From positions 1-64,000 of the forward strand of contig JBDRRP010000139.1 of NCBI GenBank assembly GCA_043825735.1: a stretch of 64,000 nt of DNA. Direction: 5' to 3'. Position 1 is the first letter of the stretch. Each line of letters starts with the position of its first letter. Below the pieces are notes generated by a model. That model was not told where the DNA came from and did not search any database. It saw nothing but the letters and a program-made list of their open reading frames with translations. The DNA comes from Pseudomonadota bacterium (GTDB taxonomy: Bacteria; Desulfobacterota; Desulfobacteria; Desulfobacterales; JBDRRP01). Position numbers and translations under genes: made by a program. This document shows positions 29,284-38,291 of this stretch, one piece after another.

Positions 29284-30000
29284 GTGGATATGGCGGAGTT
29301 GCTGCAGTGGTGGAACCTAATTTTTATCCTGCCCTTTATCGGCGCCCTTTTTTATATTCTCCTGCTCTGTACCGGTACCGTGGCCGCCGACCACGACGCG
29401 GATTTCAACGTGGACATGGATCAGGATGCCGATTTAAGCGCGGACATGGACCACAGCACGGGTATCGAACACCTGCATGACGTCGATCCGGGGATGCTGG
29501 CCCGCGCGCTAAGTTTTTTGGGCATCGGCCGGGTTCCCTTGTCGATTATTCTCATTTCAGTCTGTTTTTTGTGGGGGTTCACCGGGTTCGCGAGCAACAC
29601 CCTGCTCAAACCAGTCCTGCCGGCGTTTCTGTTTGTGTGGGTCTCCATCGCCATGGCCTTGATGGTATCTGTCTTTTGCACCCGATTGTTAGCTGCTTTG
29701 CTATCCCGCATCATGCCTGCCACGGAAACATACGCTGTTTCCATAGAACAATTGACGGGCAAATGGGCCGAGGCCATAACAACCATCGATGAAACCTTCG
29801 GCCAGGCCCTTGTCCACGACGATGCCGGCGCGTTGCACACCGTCCAGTGTTTGGTGCATGCCGGCGAAAGCAATATCTCTCGCGGCACACAGGTGATTCT
29901 GTTGTTTTTCGACAAGAACCGCAGGGCCTTTTTTGTGGGCACGGAAACGCCGGTTGTCAACCGGAGCGAAGACGATTCAGACATGAAAGCGCAATACTGA
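29284..30000 (+). CDS. YqiJ/NfeD-like inner-membrane protein (DUF1449-like)
   Basis: Acidic DHDADFNVDMDQDADLSADMDH repeats near the N-terminus, TM helices, and a C-terminal beta-rich soluble domain. Sits immediately upstream of the flotillin gene, as in yqiJK. Confidence 0.5.
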   Translation: MDMAELLQWWNLIFILPFIGALFYILLLCTGTVAADHDADFNVDMDQDADLSADMDHSTGIEHLHDVDPGMLARALSFLGIGRVPLSIILISVCFLWGFTGFASNTLLKPVLPAFLFVWVSIAMALMVSVFCTRLLAALLSRIMPATETYAVSIEQLTGKWAEAITTIDETFGQALVHDDAGALHTVQCLVHAGESNISRGTQVILLFFDKNRRAFFVGTETPVVNRSEDDSDMKAQY

Positions 30001-30121
30001 TCCGCCTTCAGCGCAGAAAGGATAGGTTCGAATGCTGCGTGCGAAAATACCCAACCCTGCTTCTGCAAGACGGAATGCTTCTGTTCAGGCCCCAATTAAT
30101 CACTCCAGGAAAGGATTGCCG

Positions 30122-32131
30122 ATGTCTGAAATAAGAGCCAAAAGCGGATCCGGTGCCGGTTTCGGCATCATGATGATTTTGTTTGCCGTGGCATTTATTG
30201 TGATACCGTTCATGTTTGAAGAGGTGGCTGGTGTGAGCCGCCTGATCCTGGTCGGTTTCGGCGTGGTGATGCTGCTGCTCGGATCCATTGTCATCATCAT
30301 CACACGGCTCTATGTGCGCACTGCCGCAGACGAGGCCTTTGTACGCACCGGCATGGGCGGACAGAAAGTGATTATCGACGGCGGCGCCATTGTCATTCCG
30401 GTGGTGCACAAAGTGGTGCCGGTCTCTCTGGCCACCATGCGCCTGGATGTGGAGCGCAAAGACCAGGATGCCCTGATCACCGGCGATAAATTGCGCGCTG
30501 ACATCAAGGCAGAGTTTTATATCAAGGTACAAAAGGATCGGGAGGCAGTGGTCAACGCGGCCACCTCCCTGGGCGAGCGATCGATCAATGCGTCCACGGT
30601 CAAAGAACTGGTCAATGAAAAGCTCATCTCGGCCCTGCGCACGGTGGCGGCCACCAGGTCCCTGGAGGATTTGAATGCCAAGCGCGACGAGTTCGCCGAC
30701 GCGGTCCAAAAAATCGTCTCCAGCGACTTGCGGCACAACGGTTTGACCCTGGAAAGCGTTACCGTATCCCAGCTCGACCAGACCCCGCCGGATAAAATGA
30801 AGGCCGAGTCCAACATCTTCGATGCCCAGGGCACGCGCCAGATTGCAGAGATCACCCAGCAGATGCGTGCTGAAACCAACGCCCTGGAGCGCGAGGCCGA
30901 CAAGTCCATCAAGAAGCAGGATGTGGAAAAAGACCAGTTCGTCTACGAGCAGGAGATCGCCCGGGCCTCGGCCGAAGCCCGGCAGAACAGCGAGATCGAG
31001 AAGGCCCAGGCCGAAGCGCAACAAAAGGCAGCCACCTTTACCGCCGAGCAGGACGAACTGGCCCGAGTGCGGGAAGTGAAACGCGATGAGGCGGTTTCAG
31101 TGGCCAATGTGGTGCGCGAGCAGCGCGTTCAAGTGGCCAACGTGGAGCGCGAACGCGCCCAGCAGGTGGCTGACATGGAGCGCCAGAAAGCCATTGCCAA
31201 GACCGCCGAAGAGCGCGCCAAGGCCGAAGCGGCTCAGAAACTGGCCGAGGCCGAGCGTGAAGCCGCCGATCAGCAGGTCAAGACCGTGGCCGTAACCGAG
31301 GAGGCCAAGCGCACGGCGGAAAAAGCGTACATCGACAAAGCGCGTCAGATCGATCAGGAAGCCTACCAGACCGAACGTCAGGCCGAAGCCTTGCGCAAAG
31401 CCGCGGAAAAGGAAGCGGAAGCCCGCAAGCTCAAGGCGGCCGCCGAGATGGACGCGCTGATCGCCGAAGCGGCCGGCGAGCAGGCCAAGCAGATGGTGCC
31501 GGTCAGTGTCGAAAAAGAAAAGGTGGCTGTCGAACAGAAACGGATCAACGATGTGTTGCAGCCCGAACTGAAGGCCAAAGCCGAGTTCAAGGAGATTTCG
31601 GTGCAGCTCGAGGTGAAGCTCAAGGAGATCGAAGTGAACGGCGATGTGCAGAAGGCTTTTGCCACGGCCATGGGACAATCCCTGGCCAGCGCCAAGATGA
31701 ATATCTTCGGCGATCCCGGCACCATGAGCAGGATGATGAACATGTTCAACCGGGGCCAGAGTGTCTCGACCCTGGTGGAAGGCTTCGGCGAAACCATGGA
31801 TCCCAATGCCCTGAAGAAGGCCGGCGACATGGTCACCGATATCGGCGAGAGCCTAGGCGGGATTCTACACGGCCTTTTCGGCAAGCGCCTGCCCGCCGAC
31901 AGTGTCGATGCCGTTGCCGCGCAACTGAAAAAGCATCCGGAGACCATCGCCCATATGCGAACGCTGCTGGCCCAAGGCGCCAGCGATCTAAAACTGGCGG
32001 CGCTTCTGGTTAAGGTATTCGGGGACGATTTTGATCTCAAAACCACCGCCGCATTTATCGAAGCCTTGCGCAAAGATCCGGCCATTCTGGACAAAATCGG
32101 TGATATCGTGGACAAGTTCAATGCCGAATAG
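30122..32131 (+). CDS. flotillin/SPFH (band 7) family protein, YqiK-like
   Basis: N-terminal TM, an SPFH block, a long E/A/K/Q-rich coiled coil and a C-terminal flotillin-like tail. AGGAAAGGA RBS. Confidence 0.8.
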   Translation: MSEIRAKSGSGAGFGIMMILFAVAFIVIPFMFEEVAGVSRLILVGFGVVMLLLGSIVIIITRLYVRTAADEAFVRTGMGGQKVIIDGGAIVIPVVHKVVPVSLATMRLDVERKDQDALITGDKLRADIKAEFYIKVQKDREAVVNAATSLGERSINASTVKELVNEKLISALRTVAATRSLEDLNAKRDEFADAVQKIVSSDLRHNGLTLESVTVSQLDQTPPDKMKAESNIFDAQGTRQIAEITQQMRAETNALEREADKSIKKQDVEKDQFVYEQEIARASAEARQNSEIEKAQAEAQQKAATFTAEQDELARVREVKRDEAVSVANVVREQRVQVANVERERAQQVADMERQKAIAKTAEERAKAEAAQKLAEAEREAADQQVKTVAVTEEAKRTAEKAYIDKARQIDQEAYQTERQAEALRKAAEKEAEARKLKAAAEMDALIAEAAGEQAKQMVPVSVEKEKVAVEQKRINDVLQPELKAKAEFKEISVQLEVKLKEIEVNGDVQKAFATAMGQSLASAKMNIFGDPGTMSRMMNMFNRGQSVSTLVEGFGETMDPNALKKAGDMVTDIGESLGGILHGLFGKRLPADSVDAVAAQLKKHPETIAHMRTLLAQGASDLKLAALLVKVFGDDFDLKTTAAFIEALRKDPAILDKIGDIVDKFNAE

Positions 32132-32221
32132 CCTCGGAAGGTGCCAGTTTGCCGGTTAGGCCGTCCGGGCCGCTTAAGCCGGGAAGAAATACGTTCCGTT
32201 TGCACAACAACCCCTGGTGAA

Positions 32222-32295
32222 CATCGAAATCGAAATCGGTATCGCTATCGGCCTTAAAAAACGTCGATTCCGATACCGATCCCGACCCCGATAGG
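32222..32295. repeat. hairpin element built from (C)GAAATCG/TATCGG-type short repeats
   Basis: Left arm catcgaaatcgaaatcggtatcgctatcgg, loop ccttaaaaaacgt, then cgattccgataccgatcccgaccccgatagg. Confidence 0.7.
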
Positions 32296-32446
32296 ATCTT
32301 GGGGACGAATCGGAACATTATTCTGACAAGTACTTTAACCGGCCAAACCGGTGGACGGGCCACCCCGCATCGGTGAAGATTCGCAGCCCGGTGTTCCCTT
32401 ATCCCCAATCGGGGGCGCCAATGGTGCACTGGTCAAAGGAGGCGCG

Positions 32447-33082
32447 ATGGAACTCCGGTATAAACACGACGAATTTGCCACGCACCAGCCGGTGCTGGTG
32501 GAACTGCTGAAGCGCACGAGCGGCGATATCATTGAACTGGGCTGCGGACTGGGGAGCACGGCGTTGATCAAGGAGCTCACCGGAGACCGCCGGCGTCTGG
32601 TGAGTGTGGAGTCCGACTATCAGTGGTATTCCAAGTTCAAACACTTGGAGACCGCGCATCATCAACTGTACTACCTCAATGCCGGCAATGAGGACTGCGC
32701 CAAAACCGGCGAAAAGTGGGCTGCGTTTCTGGAAGGGATCCTGTTCGGTGAATCGGGGTTTGAGGTCGCGCTCATCGACCAGTCCCCGTGGACGGCCAGA
32801 ACCCACTGTCTCAATCTTTTAAAAAACAGGGTTCCCTACATTATCGTCCATGATGTGGATTATTTTCCGAACGCGGGCGCCTGGGGCACGATACGGTCAT
32901 CGACACGGCAGGGCGCGCTGATCAGACATGACATGGATTTTTCCGATATCGTCACCGCCTACCAGGTGTACTATCCACCGTTCAGATTCTTTAGATGCCC
33001 CACAGGGCCGCCAACGCTGCTGTGCAGTAATTTTGTTTCGACCGAGGCACTGCAGCTTCACGTCGAAGATTACTACCGCTGA
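32447..33082 (+). CDS. hypothetical protein, possible class I methyltransferase fold
   Basis: IIELGCGLGST resembles motif I. AAAGGAGG RBS. Confidence 0.4.
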   Translation: MELRYKHDEFATHQPVLVELLKRTSGDIIELGCGLGSTALIKELTGDRRRLVSVESDYQWYSKFKHLETAHHQLYYLNAGNEDCAKTGEKWAAFLEGILFGESGFEVALIDQSPWTARTHCLNLLKNRVPYIIVHDVDYFPNAGAWGTIRSSTRQGALIRHDMDFSDIVTAYQVYYPPFRFFRCPTGPPTLLCSNFVSTEALQLHVEDYYR

Positions 33083-33259
33083 GCCGTGGCGGCCGAAATG
33101 CCGACAGCCGCCTTGGATCATGCTGCAGGTCAGGGCCTTGTTCCGCATAGCGCCGGGTATTGGCTTCCACCGAAACCACTTGTCATCGTCGCCGTCGATC
33201 TGCGAGCGCTTCAAAAACCGTGGTGATGGTGCCGGTTGTCCAAAAATATCTGGCAACGG

Positions 33260-34000
33260 TTACATGAAGGTCACTTTGCCCGTATGCACGTCGTACATCG
33301 CGCCTGTCAGTCCGATTTGCCCTTTATCGGCCATATCCCTCAAAATCGGGCTGCGCTCGCGAATACGCGCAACGGTGAGCATCACGTTTTTATCGGCCAC
33401 CGCTTGCACAAATTTATCGTTTTTCGAAGTTCGGTCTGCATCATATCCGGCGACGGCCGCCACAGCAGCTTTGATGTTGACCAGCGTCTGGGTGAGGTTG
33501 CCCATGACGACATCGTCACAGGCCCCTTTGACGGCACCGCATTCCGTGTGTCCCAGCACAACAATCAACTTGGCACCGGCTGCGGCACAGGCAAACTCCA
33601 GGCTGCCGAGAATATCGTCGTTGACAAAGTTACCCGCAACGCGTGCGCTGAAGATATCGCCGATGCCTTGGTCGAAGATCAATTCATTGGACGCCCGCGA
33701 GTCCATGCAGCCCACGATGGTTGCAAACGGAAACTGACCGTTGCCGGTCATCTTGACCTGCTGCATCAAGTCACGCTCAATCATGTTTCCCCCGACAAAT
33801 CGGGTGTTGCCTTCTTTGAGCAGTTGCAGCGCTTTTTGCGGCGTCGTCGCATCTTGGGTCTTTCGGGTCTGGGTCTCGGCCATTTGGGCGGCATGCGCCG
33901 TTATCGCCGACAGGGTCAAACCTGAGCCGGCTGCGGCTGCCAACAGGGTGCCGCCGGCACGCTTAAGAAAGTTCCTGCGATCAGTCACTATGGAATTCAT
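33260..34000 (-). CDS. beta-class carbonic anhydrase, Tat-exported
   Basis: Twin-arginine signal RRNFLKRAGG. CMDSR...HTECGA zinc ligands of the beta-class carbonic anhydrases. Confidence 0.85.
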   Translation of the reverse strand: MNSIVTDRRNFLKRAGGTLLAAAAGSGLTLSAITAHAAQMAETQTRKTQDATTPQKALQLLKEGNTRFVGGNMIERDLMQQVKMTGNGQFPFATIVGCMDSRASNELIFDQGIGDIFSARVAGNFVNDDILGSLEFACAAAGAKLIVVLGHTECGAVKGACDDVVMGNLTQTLVNIKAAVAAVAGYDADRTSKNDKFVQAVADKNVMLTVARIRERSPILRDMADKGQIGLTGAMYDVHTGKVTFM

Positions 34001-34489
34001 GGGCGTTCCCTTTCGTCTTTTCTATTCGTATCGTTAAGTCTCGAGTGAGGTTTTGCTGAACATCCGGTGTCGGGGTAAACCGCCAACGGCCGTCAACGCG
34101 ATCCAGGTCTTCGGCGATTTTTCCGGAACCTCACCTTCATGGCGTCATTATTTTGACCGACTTCGTACCCGAGAACATTGGGCCTTCTTCGATGGTGTCA
34201 ATCATATCCGATGTTTTTTTTAGCAATTGTGTCAGTGAACCGCAGGGTATGCAGGCTGGATGAGATCGGTAAAAGCGAGATGCAAATTGTCGGCAAGCTG
34301 ACTTAGAATAAGCCGGTCAAAACGGGCTGGGACAAGGTTGTCTGCTTGCCAAGTTCCGATATAGGGGAGTAATCTGTGAGACTGTTGTACTGAAACGCAA
34401 ATAAATATCTCCCATCTTTTCGCGCGATCGACAGCAGTAGCGCCAGAGCGTTTGTTCAGAGGGCAATTTCAACCCTGCCGGCAATTATA

Positions 34490-34885
34490 ATGAGGGGGGC
34501 AATGGGCTTTTCAATCGAAACCGAGGACGGCATCATGGTCGTGCGCCTTGCGCCCGGAACCACCTTGACCTACGAACTTGCCGCCAAGGTGCTGCGCCAG
34601 CAGCGCGGCCGACCGGAGAACCTCACCGTCAACGATATCTGGGATACCCGTGGGTGTGTCGCCTCGGCCGACTTCAAAAGCGACCAGGTCATGTGGATCG
34701 TCGAGGACATCAGGCGTCTGCATACCGGCGGCCGGTATCATGAAAAGTCGGCCATGATCGTCGACAGCGAAGAATCCTTTGGTATTTCGCGGATGTTTCA
34801 GATTCTTGTTGAAGCGCTCCCCTATGAGTTTCGAATTTTTCGGGACATGCCGAGCGCCAAAGCTTGGATCAAGACCAAGGGGTAA
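34490..34885 (+). CDS. hypothetical protein
   Basis: ORF of 131 aa with no diagnostic motif. Confidence 0.35.
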   Translation: MRGAMGFSIETEDGIMVVRLAPGTTLTYELAAKVLRQQRGRPENLTVNDIWDTRGCVASADFKSDQVMWIVEDIRRLHTGGRYHEKSAMIVDSEESFGISRMFQILVEALPYEFRIFRDMPSAKAWIKTKG

Positions 34886-34911
34886 AGCACAGCGATGACG
34901 GATCGGGGATA

Positions 34912-35703
34912 CTATCGGAGGGTCCCTGTCTTCCCATTATTTATTTGAGCCGTCAGGACAAAAAGATACAACGCCCGAGGACCGTGGGCGCCTTGCACCA
35001 GCGTGGCTTCGATATCCGCCGTTTTACTGGGGCCGGTGATGAGGGTCAGGCAATCGGTAAGGCCCTCGGACCGCTCTTTCGGGTCCCACTTGAGCAGTGC
35101 ATAGAATTCCTTCAGGTCGGTCAGAATCTGGTCCAGTCGAACCACTGCAATATGAATTGAGGGCAACAATGAGGCGCAGCGGGGTTGGCCGGTGCGGACC
35201 TTCAAGGCCAGGGTCGCGCTTTCTGCGATGCAATAATCGGCCGCTGTGACGCCGATCAGGGCATTTTCGGCATGGGCGCGAAATGCTGTCCGCCCGTGGG
35301 GGCCTGACGCGCCGTCCGGGAAATAGACCGGCATATTCAACGCCTCGAGGGCGGCGGGCAGCGCCAGCGCGTTCACCAGGGGGTGGTCCCAGGCGATGAT
35401 GGTCTTGCGCTCGCCCCATTCGGCGCGGCTGTCGGCGGCTATGGCCGCAATGGCCGCTGCGATTTCGGCCGGGTTCTTTTCGGCGCGGACGGTGATGTTC
35501 AGTGAATTTCCAACGGCAGTGATTCGTTCCAGCAGGATCCGGCGCTGTTCGGCGTCACGGTTTCGTATCGTTTCCAGAAGCCGGATGTCATCCGCGTCCG
35601 GGGAGGTCGTAATGATATCGCGCAGGCAGGGCGCGGCTGATGCCCGGCGATTTAATGCTTTTTGGATGTTTCCGAAAAATTCGGCCTGGCTGAATTCAGT
35701 CAT
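34912..35703 (-). CDS. lutC: LUD-domain protein LutC/YkgG-like
   Basis: Position and size in the lutA-lutB-lutC order, and LUD-like motifs. Confidence 0.6.
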   Translation of the reverse strand: MTEFSQAEFFGNIQKALNRRASAAPCLRDIITTSPDADDIRLLETIRNRDAEQRRILLERITAVGNSLNITVRAEKNPAEIAAAIAAIAADSRAEWGERKTIIAWDHPLVNALALPAALEALNMPVYFPDGASGPHGRTAFRAHAENALIGVTAADYCIAESATLALKVRTGQPRCASLLPSIHIAVVRLDQILTDLKEFYALLKWDPKERSEGLTDCLTLITGPSKTADIEATLVQGAHGPRALYLFVLTAQINNGKTGTLR

Positions 35704-37132
35704 TTCGCTTGCCCGCAGTGCTGCTTTTGAATCGGTCGATGAAGCTGCGCCCTGAAACCGGTTTCAGATCGCGGCTCCGGGTCCACCCCTCGCCGGCCAA
35801 GGGGAGCCGTCTGATCATCTGGTGGTCATGGGGCAAAAATTTCTGGGCGAACTGCGCGGTTTTCAGAAAAAGGTCGTAAAGGCGCCGGTCACGGATCAGG
35901 ACTGACCACAGGGTAAATGCGGACCGCTCGGCCGGGTTTTTTACGGTGACGTTCCAGTGCGCGTCGCCTTCGGCGAGTTTGGCACGCAGCAGCAGCAGCA
36001 TCCGGGGGATGTCGATGTTGACCGGGCAGGCGTCCATGCAGGCCCCGCACAGGGTTTCGCCCTGACACAGGTCACTGGCGCGATTGATACCCGCAAGCAG
36101 GGGCGTGACCACGGCCCCGACCGGTCCCGAATACGCGGTGCCGTACGAATGCCCGCCGATCCTGCCGTAAACCGGGCAGACGTTGAGGCAGGCGCCGCAC
36201 CGAATGCAGCAGAGCATTTCCCTGAAATCCGGATCAGCCAGAATCCGACTCCGGCCGTTATCGATGATAATCAGGTGCAGTTCTTCAGGGCCGTCTGTTT
36301 TTCCACTGCGGCCGGGCCCCCCGATATAGCTGACGTAGCCGGCCATTTTCTGAACCGCTGCGCCCAGTGCCAGCAGCCTGAAAAGAATTTCGTGATCTTT
36401 GAGGTCGGCAACGACCCTTTCCATGCCCATGAACGCGACGTGGACCTTCGGCAGCGTGGTGGCCATGCGGATGTTGCCTTCATTGGAAACGGTGGTGATA
36501 TGGCCGGTTTCCGCGCAGGCCAGGTTGCATCCCGAGATGCCCATGTCCGCCTGCAGGAATTTCTCGCGCAAGGCTTTTCGCGCGGCCAGGGTCAGGGTGG
36601 GCGGATCCTCCGTATAGGGGATGCCCAGTTTTTCAGTGAAAAGCCGGCCGACCTGCTGCCGGGTTTTATGAATCGCCGGGGCGATGATGTGGGACGGCGA
36701 TTCCCCGGCGAGCTGGATGATGTATTCTCCCAGATCCGTTTCCACGATCTCGATACCCGCATCGCCCAGTGCCCGGTTGAGTCCGATCTCTTCGGTGAGC
36801 ATCGATTTGCCCTTGACCGCCAGCTTCACGTCGTGCTTTCGGGCGATGTCAAGGCATTGCTTCACGGCGGCAGCGGCATCGGGGGCGAAATGAACGAAGC
36901 CGCCGTTTTGCCGGATTTTATCGGCAAGGGCGTTCAATAGAACGTCAAGATTCTCAACGGCCCGCATCCGGATATCATGGGCCTTTAACCGGAGCTCCGG
37001 GCCCTCGGTCAGCGCGAGATAGCCCGCAGCGGTACCCCGCCCGAAGCGCTGCTGCAGGTTCGCCAGTGCTTTTCGAAGTACCGGATCGCCGATGGCTTCG
37101 CGCGCGGTGGTTTCATAGTGGTGTGGTTTCAC
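35696..37132 (-). CDS. lutB: lactate utilization Fe-S protein LutB/YkgF (4Fe-4S ferredoxin plus DUF162)
   Basis: CIRCGACLNVCPV and CQGETLCGACMDACPV ferredoxin motifs. Confidence 0.8.
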   Translation of the reverse strand: MKPHHYETTAREAIGDPVLRKALANLQQRFGRGTAAGYLALTEGPELRLKAHDIRMRAVENLDVLLNALADKIRQNGGFVHFAPDAAAAVKQCLDIARKHDVKLAVKGKSMLTEEIGLNRALGDAGIEIVETDLGEYIIQLAGESPSHIIAPAIHKTRQQVGRLFTEKLGIPYTEDPPTLTLAARKALREKFLQADMGISGCNLACAETGHITTVSNEGNIRMATTLPKVHVAFMGMERVVADLKDHEILFRLLALGAAVQKMAGYVSYIGGPGRSGKTDGPEELHLIIIDNGRSRILADPDFREMLCCIRCGACLNVCPVYGRIGGHSYGTAYSGPVGAVVTPLLAGINRASDLCQGETLCGACMDACPVNIDIPRMLLLLRAKLAEGDAHWNVTVKNPAERSAFTLWSVLIRDRRLYDLFLKTAQFAQKFLPHDHQMIRRLPLAGEGWTRSRDLKPVSGRSFIDRFKSSTAGKRND

Positions 37133-37872
37133 GTGAGTCCTCTGGCCAGCAGCTCGGCGATGTGCAGGGTTTTGACCGAAGATCCGATCCGGTGGAGTCT
37201 TCCCTGGATGTTCATCAGGCAGCTGACGTCGCAGCCGGTAACGGTGTCGGCGCCCGTGGCCAGTATGTTGCTGATTTTATCATCGACCATGGCAGTGGAT
37301 ATGTCCGGGTACTTCACGGCAAACGTGCCGCCGAAACCGCAGCAGATGTCGGCGTCTCTCATCTCGACAAGTTCTGCGTCCTGAATATTGCGTATCAGGC
37401 GCCGCGGCTGCTCGGCAACCTTAAGGCCCCTGAGAAGGTGACAGGAATCGTGGTAGGTGATCCGTCCGGCGTAGCGGGCACCCAGGTTTTCGACTTTGAG
37501 CTCGTCCACGAGGTACTGGGTGAGCTCAAACGTTTTCCGGCCGACCCGCAGGGCGCGGTCAAACCAGTTGGAATGAGGTTCAAAAAGGTCGGGATAGTGG
37601 TGTTTGACCATGTATACGCACGAGCCCGAGGGGCAGACAATGGCTTCAGCATCTTCGAAGATTTCGATGAAATGTTTTGCCGCCACGCAGGCGGCGCGGC
37701 GATATCCGGCATTATAAGCGGGCTGGCCGCAGCAGGTCTGCTCCACCGGGCAGTCTACGGAAATCCCGAGCCGGTTGAAAATGGCAATCATGGCGTCGCC
37801 CACCTCCGGGTAGAGGCCATCGACCAGGCATTGCACAAACAGGGTCACGCGTTTTTCGGTGGCCATTTTCAA
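37129..37872 (-). CDS. lutA: (Fe-S)-binding CCG-domain protein LutA/YkgE
   Basis: Two CCG cysteine-rich repeats (CxxCCG-like CPVEQTCCGQP, CHDSCH). Confidence 0.8.
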   Translation of the reverse strand: MKMATEKRVTLFVQCLVDGLYPEVGDAMIAIFNRLGISVDCPVEQTCCGQPAYNAGYRRAACVAAKHFIEIFEDAEAIVCPSGSCVYMVKHHYPDLFEPHSNWFDRALRVGRKTFELTQYLVDELKVENLGARYAGRITYHDSCHLLRGLKVAEQPRRLIRNIQDAELVEMRDADICCGFGGTFAVKYPDISTAMVDDKISNILATGADTVTGCDVSCLMNIQGRLHRIGSSVKTLHIAELLARGLT

Positions 37873-37933
37873 AATCCTGTTTCCGGTTCTCTTTACAGCG
37901 CCAGTGCATCCCCAATGGCTGTTTTCTAACAGT

Positions 37934-37954
37934 CCTTCTTCGTGTCCTTCGTGG
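37934..37954. repeat. single arm of the CACGAAG-type element
   Basis: ccttcttcgtgtccttcgtgg upstream of lutA. Confidence 0.5.
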
Positions 37955-38291
37955 TAGCCATGTGAATTACTCCAGGCGACGCGGTTCTCAAGGCCAAGGT
38001 TTAGCGCTTCTTTTCGAATACCGCAATCCTTTACGGATGTCCGAAATCGTCGACGGTACGAAATATGTAATGGTGATCGGATTCCCGGGCAAAAACGTCA
38101 ACAATCTGGGAATCCAACAGCGTGGATGTGCCAATCATTTTGCAAACACAACAGACGTGAGATATATGGAGGAATGAAGCGACGCCAGTGACGCCTTAAC
38201 AGCAAAACACCCTTGACCCGTTGATCAAAAAATACAGCACCGCCGACACCCAGTGGATCGGCACGAAACAGGTCGGTAAAGGGATTGAACT

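Noticed and set aside
30008-32205. Long minus-strand ORFs (30008-31024, 31097-31678, 31378-32205) antisense to the flotillin gene
   Set aside because: Low-complexity artefacts of the GAG/GCC-rich coiled-coil coding sequence on the plus strand.
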